DNA of 63,972 nt, filler included, from Klebsormidium nitens (lineage: Eukaryota > Plantae > Klebsormidiophyceae): the NCBI GenBank assembly GCA_000708835.1. It is 4 parts of 4 records of this genome, joined end to end, with 100 filler letters (N's around TTAATTAATTAA, not from the genome) between each part and the next. Parts side by side here need not be neighbours in the genome. Positions count along the whole stretch, not along the records: positions 13,446 to 35,280 come from DF237904.1; positions 35,381 to 61,069 come from DF237834.1; 2 more parts are not named here. One strand, written 5' to 3'. Positions 23,453-36,053 of the stretch are shown piece by piece. Position 1 is the first letter of the stretch. Each line of letters begins with the position of its first letter. The notes below the pieces were generated by a model. That model did no database searches, was not told the origin of the DNA, and saw only the letters and a program-made list of their open reading frames with translations. A program made the translations under genes and the position numbers.

Positions 23453-26400
23453 TCGTCACAACTTTAATAAGATAGCCAGCAAGCTACGAACTCCAACGGA
23501 ACACTCTAAAACGGAACTATCTTGACCCCGCAAATCGAAAGCCGAGAGGTGACAACCCACGGACTCAGATCGTCAGAACATTGTCACGCCAGTACAACTT
23601 TGAACAGTGCACCGGACTACAGGCTTAAAGATATAGAACTTTCCGCCCCCGGGCAACTCGCCGTGGTTTACAATTGCCACTCAAGCTACCCTCCAAAACC
23701 TGCAGCCATCTAGCCCCGGACTACGTGCCGCCGCTCGCCATCGCACCATCAAAAATACTAGTTAAGCTCTAAGTCGACCAGACGGGGACCAGACGTGGGG
23801 CATGCATGCTGGCTGGCAAGGTTCCGAGCGGTGACCAGTCACTGAGTCGAGGCGGTTGGCACCAGTGATGACGAAGATGATTTCTGTTGAAGCCCACTAG
23901 CACATGTGATAGATCTATATTTTTATCATTCGACGCAGATTGGGTAAAGAGTCAATCACCGTTCTCAAGTGAACGAGCATTGGCACCGTGAAGCCGTTTG
24001 AGCGAGACATGCCAGTCTAAAAGATCCCGTATGCCAATATTCACGTCACTGACACTAGTAAGCTGCTTGACTTGCAATTTGAACATTGGATCCAATCATG
24101 ACGCTCGTAGAAGTGATGCCACGAGATCTGTTCCTACCATAATCGTTCTTGTAGTAGCGGCTTGGACCAAGCATGCTCGTCAGTTGAGTATCATGGATCG
24201 AGCATGCATTTCAACCGTAGACGTTTCTCGTTGTGGCGTCCGTTTCGATGCCAGGCTCCGAGTCCAATGCTCCGGCCTTCGTATTCGGGGCCATAGTAAC
24301 TACTTGAATGTTACCAACAATTGTGCGCCCAGGCTGCGGACACCCTTTGCGGTTTAAGGCTTTCAAAGGTCAAGATTGAACCCCGTGCGACAGGATTCTA
24401 GTTGAGTACCTCCAGGTGTCGAGTATATATACAACGATGTGTGTGTCTCAGTTCGAACGCAAACAGGCGTTTCAATTCCTTTCACCACTGCAAGGTCTCG
24501 GCAAAAACCCATCATCCTAGTGTTCTGTGAAGTCGGATGGATCCGCGTTGAACAACAATCGGACGATGAATTCTTGGACGGCCCTCTCACCTCCGAAGCC
24601 TTTCTTGCCGTATAGATTTGCCATCATTGAACAGATTGCCAATCCTCGACTCGGAGCCGCTTTGCCAGCATGACACCGACCGCATCATCTGGAACAAACC
24701 GCTCTCAACACTCACGCTGACCAGTACACGTGTGCACAGGTTTTGTAGACGGCGTCGAAAATTGTTCAACCCGTTTGCCGCAGCGGGTCAGCAGCTTCGT
24801 TGACATCGTGTCAGTGCCCGGCTATGCATGCTTGGCAGGATTCAACGTCACTCGAGCCGATACAGAGCCTCAACCTTGCAACAAGCCGAAGTTTTTACGC
24901 AAGTCAGCGCTGGAGTAGATCTCGATCTGTACGATGCCTTTGCCAGCTAGCTAGTAGTGCTCCTGCTCACTGTGTTTAATAGTACGAGTTCGGACCTTAT
25001 ACCCAAGTCGCAGTTGAAGCAAAACATGGGCAGAAACAGTGGGATCATCCCGAAATGATTTGTTCAATGCGCAATCTCGACGCTCCGGGCTGTGCGGCTC
25101 AGGCCAATAGTACCGGCTACTACATGACTACTATTCGTGACATGCGTTGCCACGAATACGGCATGCGTCGGAGATATGCCTCCAACCCTAGTTGGTACCG
25201 GCAGCCCCGAACGCCCGCGTAGAACACCGAAGGGTCTTTAACCGGGCCTCATTCGGTGCCGGGACACACCGGCCGGGACTTGTTCGGTCCCGACCTGTCC
25301 TTGTCCGGTTTCATCCGGTACGTGAAAAGTCACCGGGTCCTGCACCAACACCGACCATGCTCCGGGAATAAATTCCGGAGCCAAACCGGGACCTCTCATG
25401 CCCCGGTGGAAAACTCGGTACAATTTTCGGTCCCGAGGTCGGCAGCTAGCCGGGATCTCAGAAACCGACTCGGACCTCATGGTCCCGGTGAGACAACCGG
25501 TACTGGTGTCGGTAGCGAGGACGGGAGTGGCATCGGGACGTCCGTCCCGACTCAAGCCCGCTTCAAGACCCGGTACTAAAATCGGTGCTGAGATTGGTCA
25601 AAACAACAGCACCGGGACTTGCATACCGTTGTGTTGTTCCTGATTGTGTACATGCGCCGGAACGGAGCGGACAATGCAATTAGCCAGCCTGTACTGATTG
25701 ATCGAAGTGCCCGGCCACAACATTGCATGTGGAGACTACTATGTCACATGCACACACTTTTTTTATCCGGGGCATGCTGACGCCCGTCGAAGTGCCATGA
25801 TTCTGTGGCATAACAACGACCTAAAGTACCCTAACACATCGTAAGAATTAGCCGTGGGTGGCGGCGAAGTTTTGAAGTTGTGGGGAATTGGGGCAGATTG
25901 TGACCATAGTACATGCCATAGCCTCACAGTTTCGCGAGCGAACTGCTTAGGTTACTAGTCCTTCTTTTCAATGAAGACGGTCGGTACTCATCGGACCTTG
26001 CACAATCAATCTATTGACCAATTTGTGAGATTTTGCAAGGCAAACACTTGATACCGATCTGGCCGTCATTGACACTAGGATTTGCAACGGTCCGAAATTG
26101 TACAGATCGCCTTTCTGGCGCCCAAGTACCGCTATGACGGGTGTGTGTTACAAAAGTATTAATCAGCGGCGACCTCGATGAGGCTGGCCTGGCTTACAAC
26201 CTGCGCACAATATAGCAAGAAACCAATTCCTACAGGGGAAACTTGAGCGGGTGATTTATCAGAACACGGACCAACTAAACTCGGTCTGATCAAAAGTAAC
26301 CAACTCTACTCCCGAGACAAGAAGCTTCGTGATTCCAGTGTTGCATTCCAACGTCATTATGCTTGCTGGCGGTATGTACGATGTCCACGCCGTCTTTTTC

Positions 26401-27600
26401 CTGCAAATCTAAGAAAGGGGGAGTGAGCGGTTGCGACAGTTGAGCCAGTACATTAGATTCAAGTGCGAGCTGACCGATAGGTGAAAGTGAGCTGATGGGC
26501 GACATCCTTTCAAAAGCTTCACGATGAGAAGCGACAAACAATAGATTCATCGGGGCACATACTCGAACAACGTACTGGAGCCGAGGACCCACAAATACCA
26601 GTAAGAGCGCAAGCAGTATACAAGTCCTCTACACCCGGTCCTGATCAGCGTGCCAGTTACCAACTTTACGAGGCGTCACGGTGGAGTAGATCCTAACGGC
26701 TTCACATGCTACATGTGAGGCCAATCAAATGACCATTCCAGGAGGCCAAACTTGGAAAAGGAATCGCACGCTTGGTTTCCTCTAGTCTTGTTTAACTCCC
26801 TTCAACATGGCCATACTATGCGCTTTCTCACCTGCTAGGTTCATGGCGACAGCATTCGTCGCTGCGGGCAGCTGCGACTATGAGCCTCCTTTGAAAGGGA
26901 CGACTGCATCTCCTGCAAACAACGAGGACCAAACCAGGAAAAATGATTGAGAATGAATATGTAAAGGATGACAACGAGAGCCAAACCAAGAGAAATGGAT
27001 AAAAATGATTGTGTAAAGCATGACACTTGACTCGGGCTGAGACAATGTCAGTCCCTGACATCACAAGAGCTTGAAAGCGGAAGGTAGTAAACAGAGATGC
27101 AGATGAATCGAAACCGCCGGTCTGCAGCACGCTGTCCAGAGAGTCAATTTGCGAGGACGCAAGCAGGGGCTAAGTGTGGTTGCAACTTAGCCTACAAAGA
27201 ACTCAAAAGAACAACCAAGCACCGGGTAGCAGTCCCTAAAAACTCTACAGTGGGCAGGCCTGCAAATTGGGCCAGCGGAAGCTGCTGTTCAGCGGAGGGT
27301 CACACTTCTGCAGCGGACTTTGAGTTTGGCAGTGCAAGATACTTCTGGTCCATGAAAGGCAGCAAGGGAATCTGCATAAACACAGAGGTTGAAGCTACGT
27401 ATCCTCTGCTGACTTTTGGAGGTCCCATCATGTCAATTGTTTCACCTGCTGACTCCATGCGGAAGGCCTTTTCAACTGAAAAGGAGAAGCCTGCAACTTC
27501 TTGGGACGCTTTCTAAGCATCTCCAAGACCCACAAGTTTCATGAAGACAACAGACTAGAGAAGGACTCACTGACCATGATCTCTTCTCTTGTGGCCCTCG

Positions 27601-28441
27601 CTAATTACAACCAATCAGCACTCCAGCCCATTGAACTTCTGGATTTTCCGGTAGTGCTCGCCTGTCCGAAGTATACCAGATGTAAGAAACACGGCGGTCT
27701 CCCCTGCCCGACTTTCTGTTCATGCACACCCCTTCTTCAGAACCAAGGAGATAACAATCTCCTCTAAAACGAAGCACTTCCTCCCTTGAAACAAGAAAGC
27801 GGAGCTCGTCTTTGTCCAGAAAAGCCAAGTCTTCACAGTCTTCTGACTGCAAAGCTAAGGGCTCGCAAGGTTCTCTCCAAAAGTGAAGGGACTCATGCGG
27901 CCCAAGACCGCATGCAACCTCGACCAAGGTGAGCTCTCGGTGCTGCACCCGTGCCAATGCACGTCGACCCCATTGCAGCCGACTCTGCTATCACACACCC
28001 ATCCTTCTTGCGGAGGCCGTAGGAGATCCGAGAGAAGACATGGCACTCATCGTTGTTCAACACCAGGTCAATACGCAAATTATCATGGGCAAAAATGGGG
28101 GTGAAGCAATCCAGGTCCATGGCGCTTGTATGAAGCGCCCGCTCAGATGGACCATGTGGGAGCAAGTTGATGCTCAAAGTGGACATGTCCTCGCTCAAAG
28201 ACCCCTCTGCTGCAATGAGATTATGTTCACTTGAGGAACAAATCAGGAAAAGGCTTTCCTTCTGCTGAGTGTTCAGGCGTTCCTCTCCATCCTGTTCTTT
28301 GACCCACTTGTTCCAGTCTCTGCAGACCAAGCCCAGGCCCCAGAACTTGTGCCCGTCCTGAAAGCACTGCCAGTATCGCCGGGGCACCCTACTCAAAATG
28401 TTATCCAGGACTTCTTGGGGCACAGCTTTTAGCGAACCCAT
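27601..28441 (-). pseudogene. F-box-like gene copy 1 (apparent internal frameshift)
   Basis: MGSLKAVPQEVLDNILSRVP...GLVCRDWNKWV is an F-box-like pattern. The C-terminal half (ORF 27601-27957) is in another frame and is homologous to copy 2. Confidence 0.65.
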
Positions 28442-29375
28442 CTGGCCGAGAACTTCAGCTGTTGGTTCTATCAGGCCTGCACAAAAGGGGGTCGGTTTTA
28501 TGTACCTTACGTTGACTTTCAAGAGAGAAAAATAAACTGACAAAGAAAAGTAGCAGAAGGACGGGTGGGGTTTCCTTTTGGGTTTAAGGCCGGGTAGCAT
28601 GCTGATCGTGCATGCAAACTTCATCGTTTGGGTTTTAAGTTTTGTTCAACTTTCCGGAGCAAAATAAACCATTAAACCGGCGTACGAGCTAGGAGTGTTG
28701 AAAAGTGGAAGCTTTGCGCTTTTATGCACAGCGGACCTACCTCGTATGGTACTGCCAAGGCGCAATTTTGAAATGGTCCGTACCTTTACTGGACTTTGGT
28801 ACGATTCACCGACTCTATTACCAAAATAATACCAATACCTAGCGCTGACTGGTCGACACGGTTCCAAGTTGAGGAGTCACAAAAGGTCACAAATAGTCAC
28901 ACCGATTTTTAGGTAGTAAGGGTACGGAATTACCTACTTTCCGGCAGAATATTGTTTTTGTTCGATAAATGATTGCAATTCCTTGTAATCTAGGCTCAGC
29001 ACAGGTTTTCAAATCAACAATCGTATATGTAGTCTGAATCTGGGCACAGATAAATTGGAATTACGTGTGTACGATTCGTTGCCTTTCTCAGGCCAAAATG
29101 ATTGACAAATGGGTTTCTGCTGTCGAAAAACTGGGCAAAATTTCTCAGTTCAGATAGATATTCGTGCATATCCGAACGTAAACTGCCCAAACCGGATGGT
29201 ACCTACACTGGGCAATGGGCTCAGCATCACCTAGTACCTACCTGAGAAAAGAGACCGTATACCGTAGGTAGCTCACAAGAGTCAGCCTATAGAACTTGAA
29301 GCTCAAACTGAAGCTCAACCAGAAGTGCAAGCTAGCGTCCTCCCTGCATGAACACAGTCAAAACTTGAAAGTTCA

Positions 29376-30282
29376 ATGGGTTCCCTGGAAACTGTCCAAG
29401 ACGGACTCCTGGATCTCATTTTGAGCAAGGTGCCCAGGCGGTATTGGCAGTGCATCCAAGATCTATGGCCAGAGTCATTCGGGCCTGGGCTTGGTTTATC
29501 AACGGTGGAAGGAGTGGGTCAAAGAGCAGGATGGTAAAGAACGCCTAGACACTCAGCCAAAGGAAAGGCTGATGATTCTTTGCTATTTCAATCTTTTCCC
29601 TGGCCGACTTATGGCAGCGGAGGGGTTCTTGAGCAAAGACAGGTCCACACTAACCATCAAAATCCTTCCACACGGTGTAAAGGAATGCTTTGCCAGATTC
29701 TATTTTCCTAATTGCGCTCCTGTATTTAGGGATGATCAGATGGAACTGCTGCTGAGTGGAAACCTGGACATGTCGGACAGTCGCATTGAGTATGAGAGGT
29801 GGGCGACTGACTTGCGTAGAACCGACAATTGGGGAGACGAGAGAATGAGTCGCAGAGGTGAGCAGGTTGAAGAGCAAGATGGCGGCGCAGGTTTTGGCCT
29901 GGGGCGGTACGATATCATCAACCTCAGGACACGCTGGCGGGGGGAAGCGACACCCCGGGGGTGGGCATTGCAACCGAGGGGAAAGCGGGAAACGATAGCC
30001 TTCCTTTCGGACGACTCAAGTCTTCTGCTAGACCAACCACTGGTTGACCTTCTAGACTCTCTGACGCACTTCAGAGGTGATGCTTACCTTTTCCTGGGTG
30101 AAGAAGGGAGGTGTATGAATCGAAGGTTGAGCAGGGGCGACCGAAAAGTGTCTTACAAGTGGGCCAACGCCAACGGAGTGCTGCTACCAGCACACCTCGC
30201 TGGGGACTTTCGGGTTCAGTGGCACGGAGTTCATGTTGTGCCGTCCCCTTGCGAGCTTCCAATGGTACGCACATCAATGTGA
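29376..30282 (+). pseudogene. F-box-like gene copy 2 (apparent +1 frameshift inside the F-box)
   Basis: MGSLETVQDGLLDLILSKVPRRYWQCIQD, then a frameshift into ORF 29491-30282 (GLVYQRWKEWVKEQDG..). Clear paralog of copy 1. Confidence 0.65.
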
Positions 30283-33200
30283 GACACGCACATCAGGCAA
30301 ACAAACGCCAACCACCAGGTGAGATGTGACAGGAGCCGGCCCAGTTTCAAAAAGCCGCAGGCCAGTCCAGTGCCAGATGAGGCACTTTTATAGCTTTTGA
30401 TTGGGCCACTGACCCGAAGGTGGGCCTTGATTCGAAAGAGGAAAGCCGCTTTTGATTTAGAAACCCGGAGTATACAAGCTCAAAGGGAAGCGTACATAGC
30501 TTGCTGAGATTTGCAAAGGGTCTATGCCGTTTTTTTTGCGGCCCGCTTAAGTGCGCTTTTTGATTGTCCGACCATTTCTGGCATCTCCGCCACGTCATTG
30601 AGTTGCCTTGTCCAACATCTAGTCACCGGCTTGTCTCCGGTCCGGTGGCCAGAGAGCCTTGACTAATTTCCTGTCACCAACAAGTCTTGGTCAGATTGCT
30701 ACCTGACGCAGGGTCTGAATCTACATTGTGAGCAGCGGTTGGCGAGTTTGGATTGCCTGAGAACTGTCCAAATTGCACTTGCCATCTTCTCTTGATAAAT
30801 GTTCGATTGATTGTCTGAATGTGTCCGGTCGCTCCCTCACGGCTCGAGCAATCCTGTCTCCCACCTTGCTTCACCCGTATCTTGACTCGTCCGAAGGTGT
30901 GCGATTGTGCGTCACTATCACCGCTGATTTTGACCAGTTTCTTATGGCTCACACTGCTTCAGTTGCGTTTCATGTCAAGTTTCTCCGTTGGCTCTGTCCG
31001 CTCATCGAAGCGTGTCCAGTTCGTGCTTTATTGTTATGCGTTGCCCTTTGGCTCAAGAGGAGCAAAGGTCCGATGACATATCATCTGGAGTCGCCAGCTT
31101 CTTTAATCTCAATCTTCCTTTCTCTGAACAGAAAGACTGTAGGTGTTGATTTCCGAACGTGGATAGCGCTGCCTTCTATGGAGCCCGAGAGTCTGAAGGC
31201 TAAGCTCGTCGTTTTGTCTGGCTTGCAGCTGAGCGAGCACACCTCTGCCGCTTTGGACCTTTCAGGACTCGCGCGCTGGCTGTAAGGAAAGGGTCCATCA
31301 CTGGGCTCTCACCGCTTGATCTTCAAATCCAGTAGACCTGACCGGGTTGAGCCGGAAGCATTGCGTAGCAGCGTTCCCAGTCAGAGTAAACAGAAGACCT
31401 GTTGTAGAGCATCGTAACTCTTGCCTTCGAGACCAGTCTTCACCCGTCGATTTAGTATGAGATTCCAGCAGATCGTGTGTAAATGTAAGAATCACTTGAG
31501 AACCTTATGTTTTGAGTTTCTCATCTTCCCGTCATCATACCGTACATGCAGTTCGGATCGTGCTCTTGCTGCAATCAGTTGTATATAGTATGGAATGCTC
31601 CGACCAACAATTTAGCCACAACCTCGAAGCCCGGTGTGTGCAATTTGTAGATAAATCTGTTGCTGAGGTGAACCTGAGATGCAGCCGCCGGCTCGATCCG
31701 AGGATCATCATGGGTATAGTGACTAATATCGGATGATGCACGCCCGGCCTGCTTGCACGAGGCATGGGGCCGGGATGGACCAATCGTGATGTTGGATGAC
31801 AGCATCAATTACTCCTTCACTGGGGGCCTGCCGCAAAAATGGGACAGAATTCTCCGATACTGTTATATTGACGAATGCAATCAGATGTTCGTTAGCAACT
31901 AACGTGACCTGCAATGCTATTGCTCATATTACTTTGTAAGAACCGGGGCATGCCTTTGTGCAAGTTTGACACCATTCTAAAGTACCATCACTCTGAATAC
32001 GCACAAGTTATACTGGCCTCCAGAGTAGTACTTAACATGATATCGATGGCTAAATGTGCCAGAGTGTGATCAACTTATTGCAAACTATCACGTCTCATGG
32101 AGTCTTCTTGGGGCAAGGGGGAGTCTTCTTGAGTCCTTGCCCTTCTGCACTACGGTTCAAATAGGAGCAGACATGTCACCTGCTCTCTGACACTGGGACG
32201 CTGATTCTGGCGCCGCTTGAAGGAAAGAAGCAGCTCAGCTCTCACGCGCTCTCCTTCAACAGCCATGTACCAATTCGAAGAATCAGTTCTCACCTCTTCT
32301 AGCTCGCATTCATTTGAGGCAAGCAGAAAGCTTTTGCGCACCGCCTCGAACGCGCTCTCTAGGGCCACATACATTAGAAAATGCTTTTCCGACAAGGGGA
32401 GAGGCGAAGAATCGACTTAAAAGGTCCAACTCAGGTTGCTCGTTCAAGACCCAAAGAGCTCTTCCATTTCCGCTTAAGCTCTTGTAGCGCCAACGTTTCG
32501 TAGACAAGGTCGAACTATTGTTAAACGTAGTGATTATTCAAAGCGATACTTGTGATGTTGAAGAAGGTCTAATTGGACCACTTTGTTGACAGACTACTGC
32601 TTAAAGCAGCGTACTGCACTTGAAGCAGCTCTGCCCTCAACTTCTTGAATTGCTCGTACCTTGATCTGCACTCGCCTGGGCACGCATTAGTCATGTGGAC
32701 AGCCTGGCAATCTCCGTCAACTCCACATGAGTTGCAAGAGCTGCGTAAAAGTGGCAGCCTAAGGGGCGGTACGAGTAGACTGTGTGCAGCTCGTCGGGGC
32801 ACACTGCGGAAATAGGATTCCCCCAGCACGAATTGTTGGGGAAGCTCTCTTCCAACAAGCTCTACAAGCGGCAAAGGCAAGGATGCTGAGAGTGAGTTCA
32901 TAAGTTGAAGTAAGCCACTGGAAGAGATTCAGCCCCAAGGAGCATAATCCTTATTTCCCAGTGGGAAACTACAACCCAGATTCTGGATGGTGCAGATTCA
33001 TCCAATAACCAGTTGAAATACTTCTGTCAAGGTATGAAAGAGAAGAGTTCTCAGTAATGAATGGCACCATCAGACGCGAATGTCAACTCCAGCACTCATG
33101 CAGCTCCTGGTGCGCCACAAATCTAAGCCAGCACAATCAGCTGTGGCGTCACATCAACTTCAGTGCATCTACAAAGAGTAAGCAACTGATGCAACACCAG

Positions 33201-35280
33201 GTTGACAACTTTCGGGAAGGTACATCATGATTTGTAAACAGCAGTAGTAAGAAAATTTGAAAGGATTCCATGCTCTCTCCGTTTTGAATGTTTGAGCTGC
33301 AACATGCCATTGACATATTAAAAGACGCACGTAACTTTGAAGGCCGTCCTGACGGTTCAATCCTGGACCAAAAGCAGCATTCAGATTAACTAAGAAAGCA
33401 GTGAGGTCGCCAGCAATCAGCCTGCCCTCGCTTGCGACCGCAGCTGTGGGGTTAACTGCGAGGCCCTCTGTCAACATCAATTGCTGAATCCAGGACGGAT
33501 GCCTGCACATTCTGCACATGAAAGAAAGATGCAGAATAGCATTGCAATATAAATCTGTGATGCTCTCACCGTAAGGAACTCTCGCAATTCCCTTCCAATG
33601 ATTAGAGTAGCTTAGATGACATTCTTCCGACCGGCCATCACCGCTCTGCACCTTGAAGATTACAACGTTTCTCCTCCAACAACCAGCGTACCTCCTACCT
33701 GACTCCTGAGGCTGTGCAACTTTAGTTATCTGTTCTTGATTTGATCTAATTTGATCTGTTTAATCTGCTGTTGATTTCTTGCAGCCTCAGGCTCGAGCCA
33801 GTGTTGGCGATTCTTTCAAGATAGGTAGGTACTAATACTACTAGGCTCCGCCTACCTCGGAGACGTGTGGTACTACTACCTACCTGTTATAATACTCTGG
33901 CACCTGAATACTGCACGGTATTTAGGTGCCAATGATTTGGGGGGGGGGTAGCTGACGCGGCAAGCGGAGATAGGCCCAAACACGGCCGATGATGATTCAA
34001 GCGACTTTGGAACCGGTAGATAATCTGAAAAGTTCCACATCACCTTGCCCCGCTTGAGTGGCTTTCAATTCCCGCCCGGGTGGATATCTATACCTATATC
34101 ATAGTATAGGTATGATTCTGAAGCTAGCAGTAGCAGTGAGCACGGTGGGAACTACCTAGGTGCTGCTTAGCCGCTGCAGCCTGCACACTGTCTGCACAAT
34201 GCAGATCATAGATGTGACTTTCCGTGACTTTTTGTGTTTCTTTGCTGATCAATCAATGATGACAATGTACCTAGCTGGGTAGGACAACCGAGAATTGTGT
34301 CCTGCGAAGGCGCTCTGCAAGGTACTGCAGCATGTCATCTACAACGTTTTGTCGGGGTTTTTTCCAGATCTGGCAATCTGGGTTGCATCCGACCTTGATG
34401 GGACCGCACACCGAAACTCACTTTGCTGAGGCCGCCAGCCTTGCTCTGTCTGCAGCAATAATCTGGAAGCACCATCGTGCTGAAGCTGGAACCTTGTTCC
34501 AAAGCCTAAGTTCTTCTTAGGCAACAATCTCACAGGTGACTGTGAGGAAATCCAAGGCCCTCCGTCAAGGGACCTCTGCCTGGAGTCTCTATGGTACAAC
34601 TCAGGACACCAAGTTCTTGTGGACCAGGTCGCTCAGCCAACTATCCAGGAATGGAAGAAAATGTGCGAACGAACCGGGGAGACAGGGCACTGGCTGGCAT
34701 GATCCAGGAATCATGACATACGGGAGTGGACCATTGAGTGCTGGAATGAGGTGAGGAAGGAACGCATTGGCTCTGAATTTAAGATGAAGTTATGCGCTGA
34801 CTTATTGATTGGGGTGCATAAGACATGCAAGTCTTCGGGATCCAAGTCAACTGAAAGACAGTAATATGTTGAGGCCATGTGCTCGATGTCCTTCGTATGG
34901 TATTCTTGAATGACCGCATTTGCAGTTTCAAGGTTATATAAACGCCAGCTTCAATCGCTCAAGATTCCATTTTGAAAAGCCGTGAATTCCAAAATACTTT
35001 TTGGGAATGGATTGGGGGTTTAGGTTTTGTCTGACAGCACAGAAGCACTTGCGAAGAACCAGTACCATGTGCGGTCCTCATTCACCAGACACTCCCTTCA
35101 AATCATGCAGTCTAGCCAGAAGGTTGGTACATTGGAGTGTCAATTCCTTCTGCTGAAGTGATTCAAACGATGTCTTTGCAAACAGGATTACCTGGACGGG
35201 TGGGCAGAGCTGACTGGATGGAGAAATGTCCCCCGCATGATGGCCAGCTTCCTTCGAAAAACCATCATCAAACGGATGAT

Positions 35281-35380
35281 NNNNNNNNNNNNNNNNNNNN
35301 NNNNNNNNNNNNNNNNNNNNNNNNTTAATTAATTAANNNNNNNNNNNNNNNNNNNNNNNNNNNNNNNNNNNNNNNNNNNN
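35281..35380. other. Assembly gap with artificial linker
   Basis: 44 N + TTAATTAATTAA + 44 N. Confidence 0.97.
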
Positions 35381-35835
35381 TAGATACGTAGACTTTGAAT
35401 GCAGACTCCAGAGTCCAGACTCCAGAGTCAGTGGGACTAATTGGCTAGGAGACAGTAGGAATCAAGACCCCCTTCTCACGTGCCAAGCTGCATCCTGAGG
35501 AGATTCCGGGAAAACGTGCCGCAATTTGCAGGTTTGATTTCCACGCGAGTGCATTCTATAACCTAGATTTTGTGCTCGCGCCGCAATTACCCGCTGAAAG
35601 CAATTCCTCGACTTCTGCAGCAATCTAAAATCCACCCAGAATTCGACCTGATATGCCATCAGAATTAGGCCGGTTATACCTAGAAGCGCCCGGGGAGGAA
35701 CACCGGGATCATTGATCGAGCACAAAGACCTAGCCTCATCAGCTTGGAAACCGGGCCGGCGGTTTGTACTTGGCAGAGCCTCGAAGCCACTGAACCCGTA
35801 CTGGGAGGATACCGCCCGAAGGGCGGTGTCCCTCC

Positions 35836-36053
35836 AGGGATTCCCATGGACTTTCGTCCCGGCCAGCCAGCCACAGGCAGCCCCCCGGTCATACCAGCTG
35901 GGGGGCAGGCGGTTGGCTCTACCGGCCAGCTGAATGCCCTACGGACCTGTTGATTTTACCAGCTACCGAGCTGGCGGGGTGCCTTCGGCACCAGCCAGGG
36001 TCCCTTCCCGGCCCAGCCAGGTCCGCCCCAGGCTGCCAGTTGTGGGAATCCCT
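35836..36053. mobile_element. 218-bp insertion with 11-bp TIRs and a 10-bp target duplication (MULE-like MITE)
   Basis: gtgtccctcc|agggattccca ... tgggaatccct|gtgtccctcc. The paralogous repeat at ~21832 has a single gtgtccctcc (empty site). Confidence 0.75.

Noticed and set aside
23453-23770. Possible LTR fragment after the gap (TGTCAC/TCACA-like ends)
   Set aside because: No second copy, PBS or PPT is visible in the window.
26340-26412. DLQEKDGVDIVHTASKHNDVGM resembling an ankyrin repeat
   Set aside because: Single, poorly matching unit with no neighbouring repeats.
31730-31900. Frame containing RYCYIDECNQM, like a helicase Walker B
   Set aside because: Short frame with no Walker A or other helicase motif nearby.
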